NCBI GenBank assembly: GCA_964411255.1
Contig: CAYPKD010000007.1
Coordinates: forward strand, 13,344-77,343
Length of the DNA: 64,000 nt
From: an uncultured Gammaproteobacteria bacterium
GTDB lineage: Bacteria; Patescibacteriota; Patescibacteriia; UBA11705; DATKZF01
Direction: 5' to 3'
The position numbers and the translations under genes were made by a program. Shown piece by piece: positions 9,337 to 17,942 of the stretch. Each line of letters starts with the position of its first letter. Position 1 is the first letter of the stretch. The notes beneath the pieces are model-generated. The model was not told the DNA's origin, did no database searches, and saw only the letters and a program-made list of their open reading frames with translations.

Positions 9337-9888
9337 ATGAGAAGATATTATAAATTCGGCCGAAGGCCTAAAAAACAAAAAATAAAATACCCTACTAATG
9401 AAGGAATCAGAGCAAGAGACGTTCAGGTTATTAATGAAGAGGGAAAAATGCTGGGTGCTATGCGAACCTCAGAAGCGCTTGCAATTGCGAAAGAAAAAGG
9501 TTATGATCTAGTAGTTGTTTCTCCTAAAGCTCAGCCACCAGTTGCTAAATTTACAGATTATGGCAAAATGCAATATGAACAAGAAAAGCTTTTAAGGAAG
9601 CAAAAAAGCAAACAAAAAAATTTAGAGATGAAAGGAATACGTTTATCTGTCAAAATCAGTGAACATGATATGGAAATGAGGAAAAAACAAGCTGAAAAAT
9701 TCTTAGAGAAAGGACATAAGATAAAAGTTGAAATAATTTTACGAGGCCGCGAACACAAACATATACCCATAGCAAGAGAAGTTATTACAAAATTTATTAA
9801 TAATTTATCGATTAATACTGTTGTTGAACAGGAATTAAAAAAACAAGGGAGTAAATTGACGGCTGTAGTTGCAACAAAAGAATCATAA
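9337..9888 (+). CDS. infC: translation initiation factor IF-3
   Basis: Conserved IF-3 N- and C-domains; infC-rpmI-rplT gene order. Confidence 0.9.
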   Translation: MRRYYKFGRRPKKQKIKYPTNEGIRARDVQVINEEGKMLGAMRTSEALAIAKEKGYDLVVVSPKAQPPVAKFTDYGKMQYEQEKLLRKQKSKQKNLEMKGIRLSVKISEHDMEMRKKQAEKFLEKGHKIKVEIILRGREHKHIPIAREVITKFINNLSINTVVEQELKKQGSKLTAVVATKES

Positions 9889-9892
9889 TTAT

Positions 9893-10090
9893 ATGCCCAA
9901 GCTAAAAACCATTAAAGCAGTAAGTAAAAGAATTAAAATAACCAAAAAAGGTAAAGTTATTGTCCGAAAAGGCGGGCAAGATCATTTTAATTCTAGAGAA
10001 TCAGGAAAAACCATGCGTAATAAAAGACGAGATAAAAAACTTGCAAATGTAAATAAGAAGAATATTAAAACATTTATACCATATAACTAA
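9893..10090 (+). CDS. rpmI: 50S ribosomal protein L35
   Basis: MPKLKTIKAVSKRIK... start; the ORF-track start at 9869 is probably too long. Confidence 0.9.
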   Translation: MPKLKTIKAVSKRIKITKKGKVIVRKGGQDHFNSRESGKTMRNKRRDKKLANVNKKNIKTFIPYN

Positions 10091-10166
10091 TCATTGATCA
10101 TGGTCATGGAACATGGATCATATATCAAAACAATGCTTTTTGATCCATGATATGTGATTTAAAAAT
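10091..10166 (+). repeat. intergenic hairpin repeat, copy 2
   Basis: Shares gatcatggaacatggatcat ... tttttgatccatgat with the copy after smpB. Confidence 0.55.
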
Positions 10167-10511
10167 ATGCCCAGAGTAAAACGAGGAACAACTCACCTAA
10201 AAAAAAGAAAGAAACTATTAAAACAAGCCAAAGGTTACAGGCATGGAAGAAAAAAATCAGTTAGACTGGCAAAGACTGCTGTTCTTAAAGCTGGGAAATA
10301 CGCTTATCGGGACAGACGAACGAAGAAAAGATCTGCTCGAAGATTATGGCAAGTTAAACTTAATGCTGCAGTTAGAAATTATGATATGAGTTATAGCCAA
10401 TTTATCTATAAACTAAAACAAAAGAAAATTGAGCTAGACAGAAAAGTACTGGCTGACATAGCTGAACATAATCCGAAAATTTTTGAAAAAATTATAAAAA
10501 GCTTAGCATAA
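10167..10511 (+). CDS. rplT: 50S ribosomal protein L20
   Basis: MPRVKRGTTHLKKRKKLLKQAKGYRHGRKK... canonical L20. Confidence 0.95.
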   Translation: MPRVKRGTTHLKKRKKLLKQAKGYRHGRKKSVRLAKTAVLKAGKYAYRDRRTKKRSARRLWQVKLNAAVRNYDMSYSQFIYKLKQKKIELDRKVLADIAEHNPKIFEKIIKSLA

Positions 10512-10527
10512 CTTACTTTATAAAAAA

Positions 10528-10551
10528 ATCAGCATAATTGCTGATTTTTTG
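10528..10551 (+). terminator. rho-independent terminator after rplT
   Basis: atcagca/tgctgat stem followed by a T6 run. Confidence 0.7.
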
Positions 10552-10614
10552 ATTGACAAAAATTTAAATTTATATAATTATATTAATGTACTCTAAGGGT
10601 AACAGGGGGACCTG

Positions 10615-10959
10615 ATGAATAAATCTGATTTTTTAACACGTAGGAAACTGCAAATATTAAGTCAGCTTAAAAACAGACCAAACCTAAAGAAATTTTTTGA
10701 TAAAAGAATAAAATATTTTTCACCTTCAACTCTGCAAAAGATTGTCAACTATGTCAATAAATTTCCTGGTGATATCCCCTATCACATCATACATAGAATT
10801 CTCAGCAAAATAATCAATAAAACAATCGCTGCTGATAATATTCCATTGCCTTTAGAAAGGATCTTAAAAAATCCTGACTGCACAGAAAAAGAAAAAATCA
10901 TGTCACAGCTTATTGTATTAGTTATATACCTCTTTTTCGAAAAAAAAATCGTTGCTTAA
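10615..10959 (+). CDS. hypothetical protein
   Basis: 114-aa ORF; its stop is embedded in a bidirectional terminator hairpin. Confidence 0.4.
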   Translation: MNKSDFLTRRKLQILSQLKNRPNLKKFFDKRIKYFSPSTLQKIVNYVNKFPGDIPYHIIHRILSKIINKTIAADNIPLPLERILKNPDCTEKEKIMSQLIVLVIYLFFEKKIVA

Positions 10960-10976
10960 CAAAGCAACGATTTTTA
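10948..10976. terminator. bidirectional intrinsic terminator
   Basis: 10-bp stem atcgttgctt/aagcaacgat flanked by an A-run and a T-run. Confidence 0.7.
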
Positions 10977-10989
10977 TATATATAATTTA

Positions 10990-11823
10990 TTATGAAAATT
11001 TCAAATTTTTATACTGATCATACAAACCCTGAAATTCCTCTGATATTTCCAGCAAATTTTTTATTGCCTGTTTTTCTTCAGGCGAAGGATTACCAATATG
11101 GATATAAAAATCTCTGGCAATCCTTTTCTCCAATTTTTTTATTTGCCTGATATTTTTTCTAGGAGCAACCTTGATCACGGCCTTTCTGTTTCCCTGACTT
11201 TTGGGAAATAGCTTAAAATAATTTTTTTTATTTTTAGAAATCAGCCTTAATCTTCCCCTGCCTTTTATTTCAGCCTCTGCCAGCAAAAAGTATTTGTGTA
11301 GCGAAGGAAAATAATTTAAATGCATAAGTAGCCTTTCTGGGATTTTCTTTTTCTGTTTTTTAATATAGCGCACTAAATTATCTACCCTGTTTTGTTCTTT
11401 TTCCACATTTACCGCTTCCATCATTTCATTTAAAGACTGTTCTTCACGTTCACTCATACTCTCCATAAACTCTTTTGCCAAATCCTCCATGCTTTTTAAA
11501 GGCTTTTGTTTTGTTTGCTCAAGCTTTTCTTTATTCATTCGCAATTTTTTCAGCTCTACAGCAGCCTTTGGTTTTGATATTTCATTCTGCGCTGTTTCTT
11601 CAATAAAGTCACTTTTTTTCCCTGATCTTTTCCTAATTTTTTTTAAAATGCTTTCAATCAGCTTATCCTCAGCTGACTTTTTTGTTTTAGCATTGGGCAT
11701 AATATTATTTTTTTGTTTTTGTCTTTTTAACTGGCTTTGCTCTTTGAGTAATATCTCCTGCCGGATATTCTCGAGTCTCTTCATCCTGAGAAGTAGTTGG
11801 TCCATGCCTGACTGTTCTATCAT
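10990..11823 (-). CDS. hypothetical K/E-rich protein
   Basis: Highly charged, coiled-coil-like; its 5' end overlaps the upstream gene by 119 nt. An internal ATG at 11703 (MPNAKTKK...) would remove the overlap. Confidence 0.45.
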   Translation of the reverse strand: MIEQSGMDQLLLRMKRLENIRQEILLKEQSQLKRQKQKNNIMPNAKTKKSAEDKLIESILKKIRKRSGKKSDFIEETAQNEISKPKAAVELKKLRMNKEKLEQTKQKPLKSMEDLAKEFMESMSEREEQSLNEMMEAVNVEKEQNRVDNLVRYIKKQKKKIPERLLMHLNYFPSLHKYFLLAEAEIKGRGRLRLISKNKKNYFKLFPKSQGNRKAVIKVAPRKNIRQIKKLEKRIARDFYIHIGNPSPEEKQAIKNLLEISEEFQGLYDQYKNLKFS

Positions 11824-12454
11824 CAGTTATATCATCTCGAGTAATATCTTCTGAAGCAGGCACATCTTTTGATACATCAAAAGCTGATCTGGGAAATTCC
11901 ATTGTATCTACCTTGGAAAGTCTAGACAGGTCTATTTTTCCTTCTGCAGCTTCATTAACTTCTTTTTGAAGATCTGCGTCACTTTTGAACCATAAAGGCA
12001 TAAGCTCAAAATCTTTAATCTCTAAAAGTACTTTAGCTTCTTTTAGTTCATCTTTATCAAAATTATTAAGCTTATTTACTAAACCTCGAATAATTTCTAT
12101 ACTGGTAGTAACGGGTCCATGCCATTTTTCAATAATTTCCATTTGCTTTTTTACTTTTCTGGTAAATTTATCAAAATCAACCTGTAAAAGCATCAGCCTC
12201 AAGGATTCCAGGGCTTCTGATACATTATTATCGGTAAAATTTTTCACAAACCCCCGATAATGCGTCTGCCAATCAGTTCGTATTGCCTCAACTTCTTTTT
12301 CCTTATCAAAATCACGATCAGCCCTTTTTATCATTTTCTCCAATAGTTTATTTAATTTGTGAAATTCAACCTGAATTTGCTTTTTTATTTGTTCTGGGTT
12401 TTCCAATTTTTCAGTAGATTCCTGAAATTTGGATATATCTGGATTTATAACCAT
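11705..12454 (-). CDS. hypothetical coiled-coil protein
   Basis: 249-aa ORF, helical and charged, no known motif. Confidence 0.5.
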   Translation of the reverse strand: MVINPDISKFQESTEKLENPEQIKKQIQVEFHKLNKLLEKMIKRADRDFDKEKEVEAIRTDWQTHYRGFVKNFTDNNVSEALESLRLMLLQVDFDKFTRKVKKQMEIIEKWHGPVTTSIEIIRGLVNKLNNFDKDELKEAKVLLEIKDFELMPLWFKSDADLQKEVNEAAEGKIDLSRLSKVDTMEFPRSAFDVSKDVPASEDITRDDITDDRTVRHGPTTSQDEETREYPAGDITQRAKPVKKTKTKK

Positions 12455-12517
12455 ATTTATTAAAATTAATGCTTTTATACATTATAACTTAATTTTATGA
12501 AAAATAACAAACTAATC

Positions 12518-12546
12518 TTGACTTTCTAAATAAAATAAGATATAAT
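12518..12546 (+). promoter_or_regulatory. sigma70-like promoter (TTGACT-17-TATAAT) upstream of the tRNA-Asp locus
   Basis: Near-consensus hexamers with 17-nt spacer. Confidence 0.6.
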
Positions 12547-12586
12547 GTTAACGTCATTTTATTTATAAAACAAAATTTTGGTTGTT

Positions 12587-12666
12587 GGACCGGTGGTGTA
12601 GTTGGTTAATCCCGCACTAGAACTCCGTTCAGTGCGGGACAAGCACGCCGCACTGCCTGCCCCGCA
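12587..12666 (+). pseudogene. tRNA-Asp 5' pseudo-copy with hairpin insertion
   Basis: Shares upstream flank plus tRNA positions 1-21 with the intact gene, then a 30-nt hairpin (tcccgcact...agtgcggga), then cacgccgc (positions 22-31), then diverges. Confidence 0.5.
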
Positions 12667-12705
12667 TTTTTGATAATTTTTCTTACTTATAAAATTCTGG
12701 CTGTT

Positions 12706-12782
12706 GGACCGGTGGTGTAGTTGGTTAACACGCCGCCCTGTCACGGCGGAGATCGCGGGTTCGAGTCCCGTCCGGTCCGCCA
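12706..12782 (+). tRNA. tRNA-Asp (GTC)
   Basis: Cloverleaf checked by hand: acceptor GGACCGG/CCGGTCC, anticodon stem ccgcc/ggcgg, loop cuGUCac, T-arm GGTTCGAGTCC, encoded CCA. Confidence 0.9.
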
Positions 12783-12827
12783 GCCAGAATTTTATATTTT
12801 AAATCCTTTTTCATCAAATAGTGCGGG

Positions 12828-12870
12828 GTCACGGCGGAGATCGCGGATTCGAGTCCCGTCCGGTCCGCCA
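12828..12870 (+). pseudogene. tRNA-Asp 3' half pseudo-copy (positions 34-76) with duplicated downstream flank
   Basis: gtcacggcgg...ccgcca is identical to the intact gene except for one T-stem change, and is preceded by agtgcgggg complementary to the hairpin strand in the 5' pseudo-copy. Confidence 0.5.
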
Positions 12871-12959
12871 GCCAGAGTTTTGTTTTTTTGTACCTTTTTA
12901 AAAATGTTGTTATAATAAAAATACTTATATAATAATACTCTAATCAATAATAAAAACTT

Positions 12960-13235
12960 ATGAATCCAGCAGAAGCAATGCCAAAAGGAGAGGAATCTCC
13001 AATTGATAAATTCTGGGCTCTGCCAGAGGATAAGCAATTAGAAATAGCTGAACAAATCTTTGGTAAAAAAGACTTGGCAACCTTTGCTTATAACTGGGAC
13101 CAGGAACATGCGCCATTAGACTCTTATGAAAGGACAAAATTCGGCAAAGATTTACGAAGCGCTTTGCAATACATTAGGCAAAGAGAATTATTAAAAGACA
13201 AAACAAACAAACTGGAAGAGGCAATGTCAGAATAA
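12960..13235 (+). CDS. hypothetical small protein
   Basis: 91-aa ORF. Confidence 0.4.
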   Translation: MNPAEAMPKGEESPIDKFWALPEDKQLEIAEQIFGKKDLATFAYNWDQEHAPLDSYERTKFGKDLRSALQYIRQRELLKDKTNKLEEAMSE

Positions 13236-13282
13236 AACTTCAAATTAAAAAGCTGCCAAAATGATTGGCAGTTTTTTAATTT

Positions 13283-13555
13283 TTAAACTTGTTCTGCAGT
13301 CTTTTCACCCACCTGTTCATCACAGCTAAGATCAACCAGGATACAAAAGATTAAGACTACATATCGCCAAGTGCCAAAATCTCCATTATTATAAACATAT
13401 GCGCACCAGAGTGTAGTCCATGGCATTAACAAAAATCCCATAAATGGCCAAAACCAGCCATCAAATGCTCTATCTGTATAGTCAGTAACCAACCATAAGA
13501 TAAAATAAACAAGTCTTGGTGAAATACTCAATAAAGCCACAATTGCAAACCACAT
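13283..13555 (-). CDS. small integral membrane protein, hypothetical
   Basis: Three hydrophobic segments, Trp-rich. Confidence 0.4.
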   Translation of the reverse strand: MWFAIVALLSISPRLVYFILWLVTDYTDRAFDGWFWPFMGFLLMPWTTLWCAYVYNNGDFGTWRYVVLIFCILVDLSCDEQVGEKTAEQV

Positions 13556-13651
13556 ATCTACCTCCTTAGCCTCCAGTGAAGTCTCATAAGTATATCAGAA
13601 AAAAATAGTTTGTCAATTAAAAACCACTGCTTGGCAGTGATTTGATTTTAT

Positions 13652-14797
13652 TTATTGTTGTCGTCGAATACCTTCCAGCATGCGAAAAGCTTTTTCCAGC
13701 ATCTCTGTCTGCTGATATGCCAAGCCTTGTTCCAAAGCTTTTGCCACAGGCACTGGTCTGACATTAAGCAAATCAGATTTTGATTTGATCAAATACTTCA
13801 AAGATCTGATGCTGCCATCATATATTGTCATAAAAGCCAGGCTTGATCCGCCCTGACTGCCAGCCAGATCTTCATCTGGTGTGCTAAACATATCAACAAA
13901 ATATAGATGAGCCGCCATTTTATCAATTTTTACCTGTGCTGGAATTGTATGATGAGTAATGATTTCCATTCTAATATTTGACTCTTCAAACAATTCTCTA
14001 CTAACTGAATCAATCGGACTTTCATAATCATCAATGCCACCACCAACGGTAGCCAGCATGTTTGCAAAATCTTTACCTGGCCGTCGATTGCCTAAAACAA
14101 CATTCCATTCAAATCCGTCAAAAACAAACATGAATACATCAACACATTGCCTGCCTGGTTCATAATTTACTTCTTTGCCCAGCACAGCATTGGTGATGGT
14201 ATAAAAGTCACCGCTATTAGCAATAAAAATCTTTGTACCTTCAGCAGCATATGTATTCCAAATCTCTACTTCATTATCACGGATTGCTTCACGCAGCCGG
14301 GTTGCACTAATGTCAATTGGATTTTTTACAATTTCACGTCCTACTTTTTCTAAATTATCGACTCTTTTGCCAAGAGCTTCAGTCACCCTGGGATTATCTG
14401 TAGCAATGGCATCAATTAAATCAAAATTCGGTATATTAAATACATATTCTCTCCAGGGCTCGTCCTGTTCAAAGTCAGGAATTGGCACAAAGATAAAGTC
14501 ATCAATTGGAATGCCTTCAAGCCGAAGCGATAAGGCCAGCATTGCCTGAACCTGAAAAACATGGATGGGATTATTTTTGTTCAAGGTATAGCATGACCCA
14601 TTACCAATCACTAATTTATAGCCTTTTTCCCAAAGGGCCTTTAAAAATGCAATATGTCCAATATGCGGCAGCTTTGCTCTACCTATCCATAAAACAATCT
14701 TGTGTTCTTGTTTTTTCCAGCCTTCAAGTATTTCAAATTTATCAATTGCTTGATTCATTTTTTCCTCCTGCTTGAATTTGATGTCAAATAACAACAT
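13652..14797 (-). CDS. bifunctional NMN adenylyltransferase / Nudix hydrolase (NadM-Nudix type)
   Basis: N-terminal cytidylyltransferase-fold HxGH motif (PHIGHIAF); C-terminal Nudix box GGGIDDYESPIDSVSRELFEESNI. Confidence 0.75.
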   Translation of the reverse strand: MLLFDIKFKQEEKMNQAIDKFEILEGWKKQEHKIVLWIGRAKLPHIGHIAFLKALWEKGYKLVIGNGSCYTLNKNNPIHVFQVQAMLALSLRLEGIPIDDFIFVPIPDFEQDEPWREYVFNIPNFDLIDAIATDNPRVTEALGKRVDNLEKVGREIVKNPIDISATRLREAIRDNEVEIWNTYAAEGTKIFIANSGDFYTITNAVLGKEVNYEPGRQCVDVFMFVFDGFEWNVVLGNRRPGKDFANMLATVGGGIDDYESPIDSVSRELFEESNIRMEIITHHTIPAQVKIDKMAAHLYFVDMFSTPDEDLAGSQGGSSLAFMTIYDGSIRSLKYLIKSKSDLLNVRPVPVAKALEQGLAYQQTEMLEKAFRMLEGIRRQQ

Positions 14798-14871
14798 AAA
14801 ACAATAACGCTTTTAAAAACTTTTGTCAAATATATTTTAAAAATAAAATAGCCAGACTGATGAAGTCTGCG

Positions 14872-15072
14872 CTACTTGCCTGCTAGCAAAGTGATCAGCA
14901 AGTCTCGGTTTGCTGGCTCAACCAGCAAAAGCCGCAAGATCTGGCTGCGAAGCCAGAGCACATGGCTGATGAGAAATCGCAAAATTTGCTCATCTAAGTC
15001 ATAAATGACTACCATGCCATCTCGGACAACTACTACCTGGGTGTGCGTCTTTTCTGAAAAGTCCAAGTACAT
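14872..15072 (-). CDS. small hypothetical protein
   Basis: 66 aa; AGGAGG RBS; preceded by the conserved leader element. Confidence 0.35.
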   Translation of the reverse strand: MYLDFSEKTHTQVVVVRDGMVVIYDLDEQILRFLISHVLWLRSQILRLLLVEPANRDLLITLLAGK

Positions 15073-15190
15073 TTTCTACCTCCTTATACCTGGGTTGCCG
15101 CACTGGACACCACTCTCATCTCAACTTTTGTTCAGATGAAAGTGATGCCCTGAACAAATTTGCTAAGTTCAGGGAAAATGAAAGCCTTGA
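15073..15190 (-). promoter_or_regulatory. conserved leader element, copy 1 (hairpin CCCTGAAC...GTTCAGGG plus box TTGAGATGAGAGTGGTG)
   Basis: About 70 nt shared with the region upstream of the adjacent small gene. Confidence 0.5.
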
Positions 15191-15195
15191 GGGAA

Positions 15196-15477
15196 TTATC
15201 TAAAAAGAAAATTATAGAACTCTTCCCCCAAAATACCTCTCAACTCCTCGTCATCAGGACGCTGATCATAAACTGTGTTTCGGTGGCAACGTGGGCATGA
15301 TGACGGAGCCAAGGCATGGCCTACGCTCGGAATGATCCCAGAGGTGACTTCTCGTCCACATTGACCGCACTTCCAGACGATTTTATCTGCTTTGCAGTCA
15401 CATTTATGCAGAACAAGAGTCCATCTGGTCAATTGTCTTAGATAGTGTCTTCTCATTCGAATGCTCCAAAATTTCAA
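15196..15477 (-). CDS. small zinc-ribbon protein (CxxC x2), hypothetical
   Basis: CDCK...CGQCG...CPRCH motifs; the track start is TTG, an ATG lies 21 nt downstream. Confidence 0.4.
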   Translation of the reverse strand: MKFWSIRMRRHYLRQLTRWTLVLHKCDCKADKIVWKCGQCGREVTSGIIPSVGHALAPSSCPRCHRNTVYDQRPDDEELRGILGEEFYNFLFR

Positions 15478-15590
15478 ATGAATATTTCCACTACTCTCAT
15501 CTCAATTTGTATTAAGCTGAAGGTAGTGCCCTGAACCAAATGTTCAGTTCAGGGATTGTTGCGAAACAATATTAATTATCCAGCGCTCCT
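15478..15590 (-). promoter_or_regulatory. conserved leader element, copy 2
   Basis: Same hairpin stem and TTGAGATGAGAGTAGTG box as copy 1. Confidence 0.5.
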
Positions 15591-15593
15591 TGC

Positions 15594-15998
15594 TTAGTTT
15601 GACATATGGGCAAGTACTGCTAAAGGCTTATCATCAGCAGCAACTGCCACACTGACAAAGTCAGCATCAGTCGCCTTAAAGGACAGAAATTCATCTTCAC
15701 CTTCATAGGATCTGAGCAGCTTCAAAGCCTCAACAGGCGATTTGGCACGAATCACTGCCATGCCATGAGAATCCTTTCTGATGAAAATCTGGGGAAGAAT
15801 GCGAGCATAAATTGATGCTGAGCTATCGGTGGTAAACTGCTGGTGTTTTCCATTCCCACGAATTTTCACCAAAAATCTGTCGCCAAACTGATGGACAACT
15901 CCAATGACTTTGTGGTGTACTGTCGTATCCTTGATCCCACAGCCTTCTGCCGCAGACATATCAAGGACCTGACCTACCTCAAAATGTTGATTCATCAT
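15594..15998 (-). CDS. hypothetical protein
   Basis: 134 aa; a 9-nt gap from the upstream membrane-protein gene suggests an operon. Confidence 0.5.
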   Translation of the reverse strand: MMNQHFEVGQVLDMSAAEGCGIKDTTVHHKVIGVVHQFGDRFLVKIRGNGKHQQFTTDSSASIYARILPQIFIRKDSHGMAVIRAKSPVEALKLLRSYEGEDEFLSFKATDADFVSVAVAADDKPLAVLAHMSN

Positions 15999-16007
15999 TT
16001 CTTTCTC

Positions 16008-16283
16008 CTATCTGTACGCCCTTCGACTTGGTTTACGGTTGACCAGAAAGTGGACCAGCAGCCCGCCAAGACAGGATGCCAGCCAGATTGCAATAGAAAG
16101 TTCTGCGATCTGATGACCTGACAAACCATCAATATCAATGGTGATATCAAATAGCCAAGTCAACAAAAGCATCAGAATCAAAGCCACCAAAACTCCCCGG
16201 ATCGTTCCTTTTCTATTCCTTTTCATTATGCCTCCAAGTTGTGAAATACTTGTTATTATATCATAAATTGTTAAAAAAGTCAA
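16008..16283 (-). CDS. small membrane protein, hypothetical
   Basis: Two TM helices. Confidence 0.45.
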   Translation of the reverse strand: MTFLTIYDIITSISQLGGIMKRNRKGTIRGVLVALILMLLLTWLFDITIDIDGLSGHQIAELSIAIWLASCLGGLLVHFLVNRKPSRRAYR

Positions 16284-16362
16284 GTATTTTACCTAAATTT
16301 ACCTTATATTTACCCTCTTTAAAATAAAAAAACACCTCAAAAAAGGCCTATTTATTTTTTTA

Positions 16363-16635
16363 CTATTTTATATATTCTTTATCAACTTTTGCTGTAACCA
16401 CAGGCATGTTAAATATTGTTCTACCTGAAATGACTGCTTTATCGTCATTTTTCCACTCTACACTGTATTTTATAATAAAATATTTCATTACAGATTGATC
16501 CATTTGTGTATCTACGATTTCAATCATTTTTTCATCATCTGGTGTAATTTCCCCATTATTAAGCTGCCAAGTGACTGCGCCACCGGTTAAAACCGTTAAA
16601 AGTGACATTCCTACAAATATAAGCCAACGAAACAT
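16363..16635 (-). CDS. small secreted/membrane-anchored protein, hypothetical
   Basis: The track start at 16728 would run through a consensus plus-strand promoter; the internal ATG at 16635 gives a 90-aa signal-peptide-like protein. Confidence 0.4.
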   Translation of the reverse strand: MFRWLIFVGMSLLTVLTGGAVTWQLNNGEITPDDEKMIEIVDTQMDQSVMKYFIIKYSVEWKNDDKAVISGRTIFNMPVVTAKVDKEYIK

Positions 16636-16661
16636 AGATTTGAAAAAATAGAAATTTTTAC

Positions 16662-16690
16662 TTGACAATTCTATACTTTCTTTATATAAT
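16662..16690 (+). promoter_or_regulatory. consensus sigma70 promoter (TTGACA-17-TATAAT)
   Basis: Perfect hexamers and spacing, followed by an AAGGAGG RBS and an ATG at 16719. Confidence 0.7.
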
Positions 16691-16718
16691 ATTTTCGACC
16701 ATATGGCAAGGAGGGGCC

Positions 16719-16991
16719 ATGTATACATTATGCGCTATTGATAAGCAAAATGAGCAATTCTTTGTAGACGGAATATTTTTAAATAAAAATGCCAGAGTAG
16801 TGGTTGATACTAGGGATCAGGATGTTTATCTTATTATTCTTGGTAAAGGATATGTAACCTGTTTTTCTGTTCGATTAGCCATTGCTGGCAGACATATTTT
16901 GCCTGGCTGGTCATTGAAGGATTGCATTGATATCTATTTTGCTTTTTTTCAGGATCATATTTTTCAACCAATGCAACAAAAGGCTTCATAA
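16719..16991 (+). CDS. hypothetical protein
   Basis: 90 aa with RBS and the consensus promoter upstream. Confidence 0.45.
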   Translation: MYTLCAIDKQNEQFFVDGIFLNKNARVVVDTRDQDVYLIILGKGYVTCFSVRLAIAGRHILPGWSLKDCIDIYFAFFQDHIFQPMQQKAS

Positions 16992-17010
16992 CATAAAGCC
17001 TTTTTTTATT

Positions 17011-17877
17011 TTAAAAATCTTTTGCTAATTTTTCTATCTTTTTTTTCGCCTTCTTTTTTATTTCAGTTCGTTTGCTCTTTTTAATCGATAAAAATATTAT
17101 AAAAAATATTGATGCAATAATTAATATTCCACTAAACAATTGAGCCCAACGAATGCCAAAGACCAATGGACTATAATCAATTCTCAAAAATTCCATGTTA
17201 AATCTAATAATTGAATAGCCTATTAGATATGAAAAGAAAAAAATTCCATTTTTAATTTTAATGTCTTTTTTGAATTTCAGCCAGACCAATGCTAGCAAAA
17301 TTCCAAGCAATAAAACATTTAACAACGACTCGTATAAAAATGTTGGATGAAAATAATGATTGGATAAAAATTCAAATGGCCGGTTTGCTGGCAAAATTGG
17401 AATGCCCCAGGCTGCATCAGTTGGCTTGCCAAAAAGCTCCTGGTTAAAATAATTTCCCCATCTGCCAATAATTTGAGCAGTTACCAGGCCAATCACACTC
17501 AAATCAAAAAGTTTTAACCAGTTTATCTTTTTTATTCTGGCAAAAATAAAGGTTGCTAAAAACGCGCCAATCATAACGCCATGAACTGCTAAGCCTCCCT
17601 GCCAAACTTTAATAATTTCAATCGGATTATCTTTATAAAAAGCCCAGGCATAAATAACATAATAAATTCTACCGCCAATCAGCCCGCAGACTGCCCACCA
17701 AAATGCCAAATCAAAAAGTAAAGTCCGCCTGACCTTAAATTGCTTTGCCAAATACCAAGCCAATGTCAAACCCAGCAATCCGCCTATAACCATTAAAAAA
17801 CCATACCAGTGAATGCCAAATTTTCCAATTGAAAACAAAATTGGATCTGGAATGTGTGTGTGTAATAAATAAAACAT
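17011..17877 (-). CDS. lgt: prolipoprotein diacylglyceryl transferase
   Basis: Multi-TM protein with conserved Lgt block (RWGNYFNQELFGKPTD). Confidence 0.9.
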   Translation of the reverse strand: MFYLLHTHIPDPILFSIGKFGIHWYGFLMVIGGLLGLTLAWYLAKQFKVRRTLLFDLAFWWAVCGLIGGRIYYVIYAWAFYKDNPIEIIKVWQGGLAVHGVMIGAFLATFIFARIKKINWLKLFDLSVIGLVTAQIIGRWGNYFNQELFGKPTDAAWGIPILPANRPFEFLSNHYFHPTFLYESLLNVLLLGILLALVWLKFKKDIKIKNGIFFFSYLIGYSIIRFNMEFLRIDYSPLVFGIRWAQLFSGILIIASIFFIIFLSIKKSKRTEIKKKAKKKIEKLAKDF

Positions 17878-17942
17878 ATTATTGATTTTAGCTTATAACA
17901 ATTATAGCAAAAAAAGAAAAAACTTCCTATATTTATAGGAAG

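Noticed and set aside
12559-13037. ORFs 12559..12744(-), 12721..12915(+) and 12792..13037(-)
   Set aside because: They overlap the tRNA-Asp gene and its pseudo-halves and are artefacts of GC-rich tRNA sequence.
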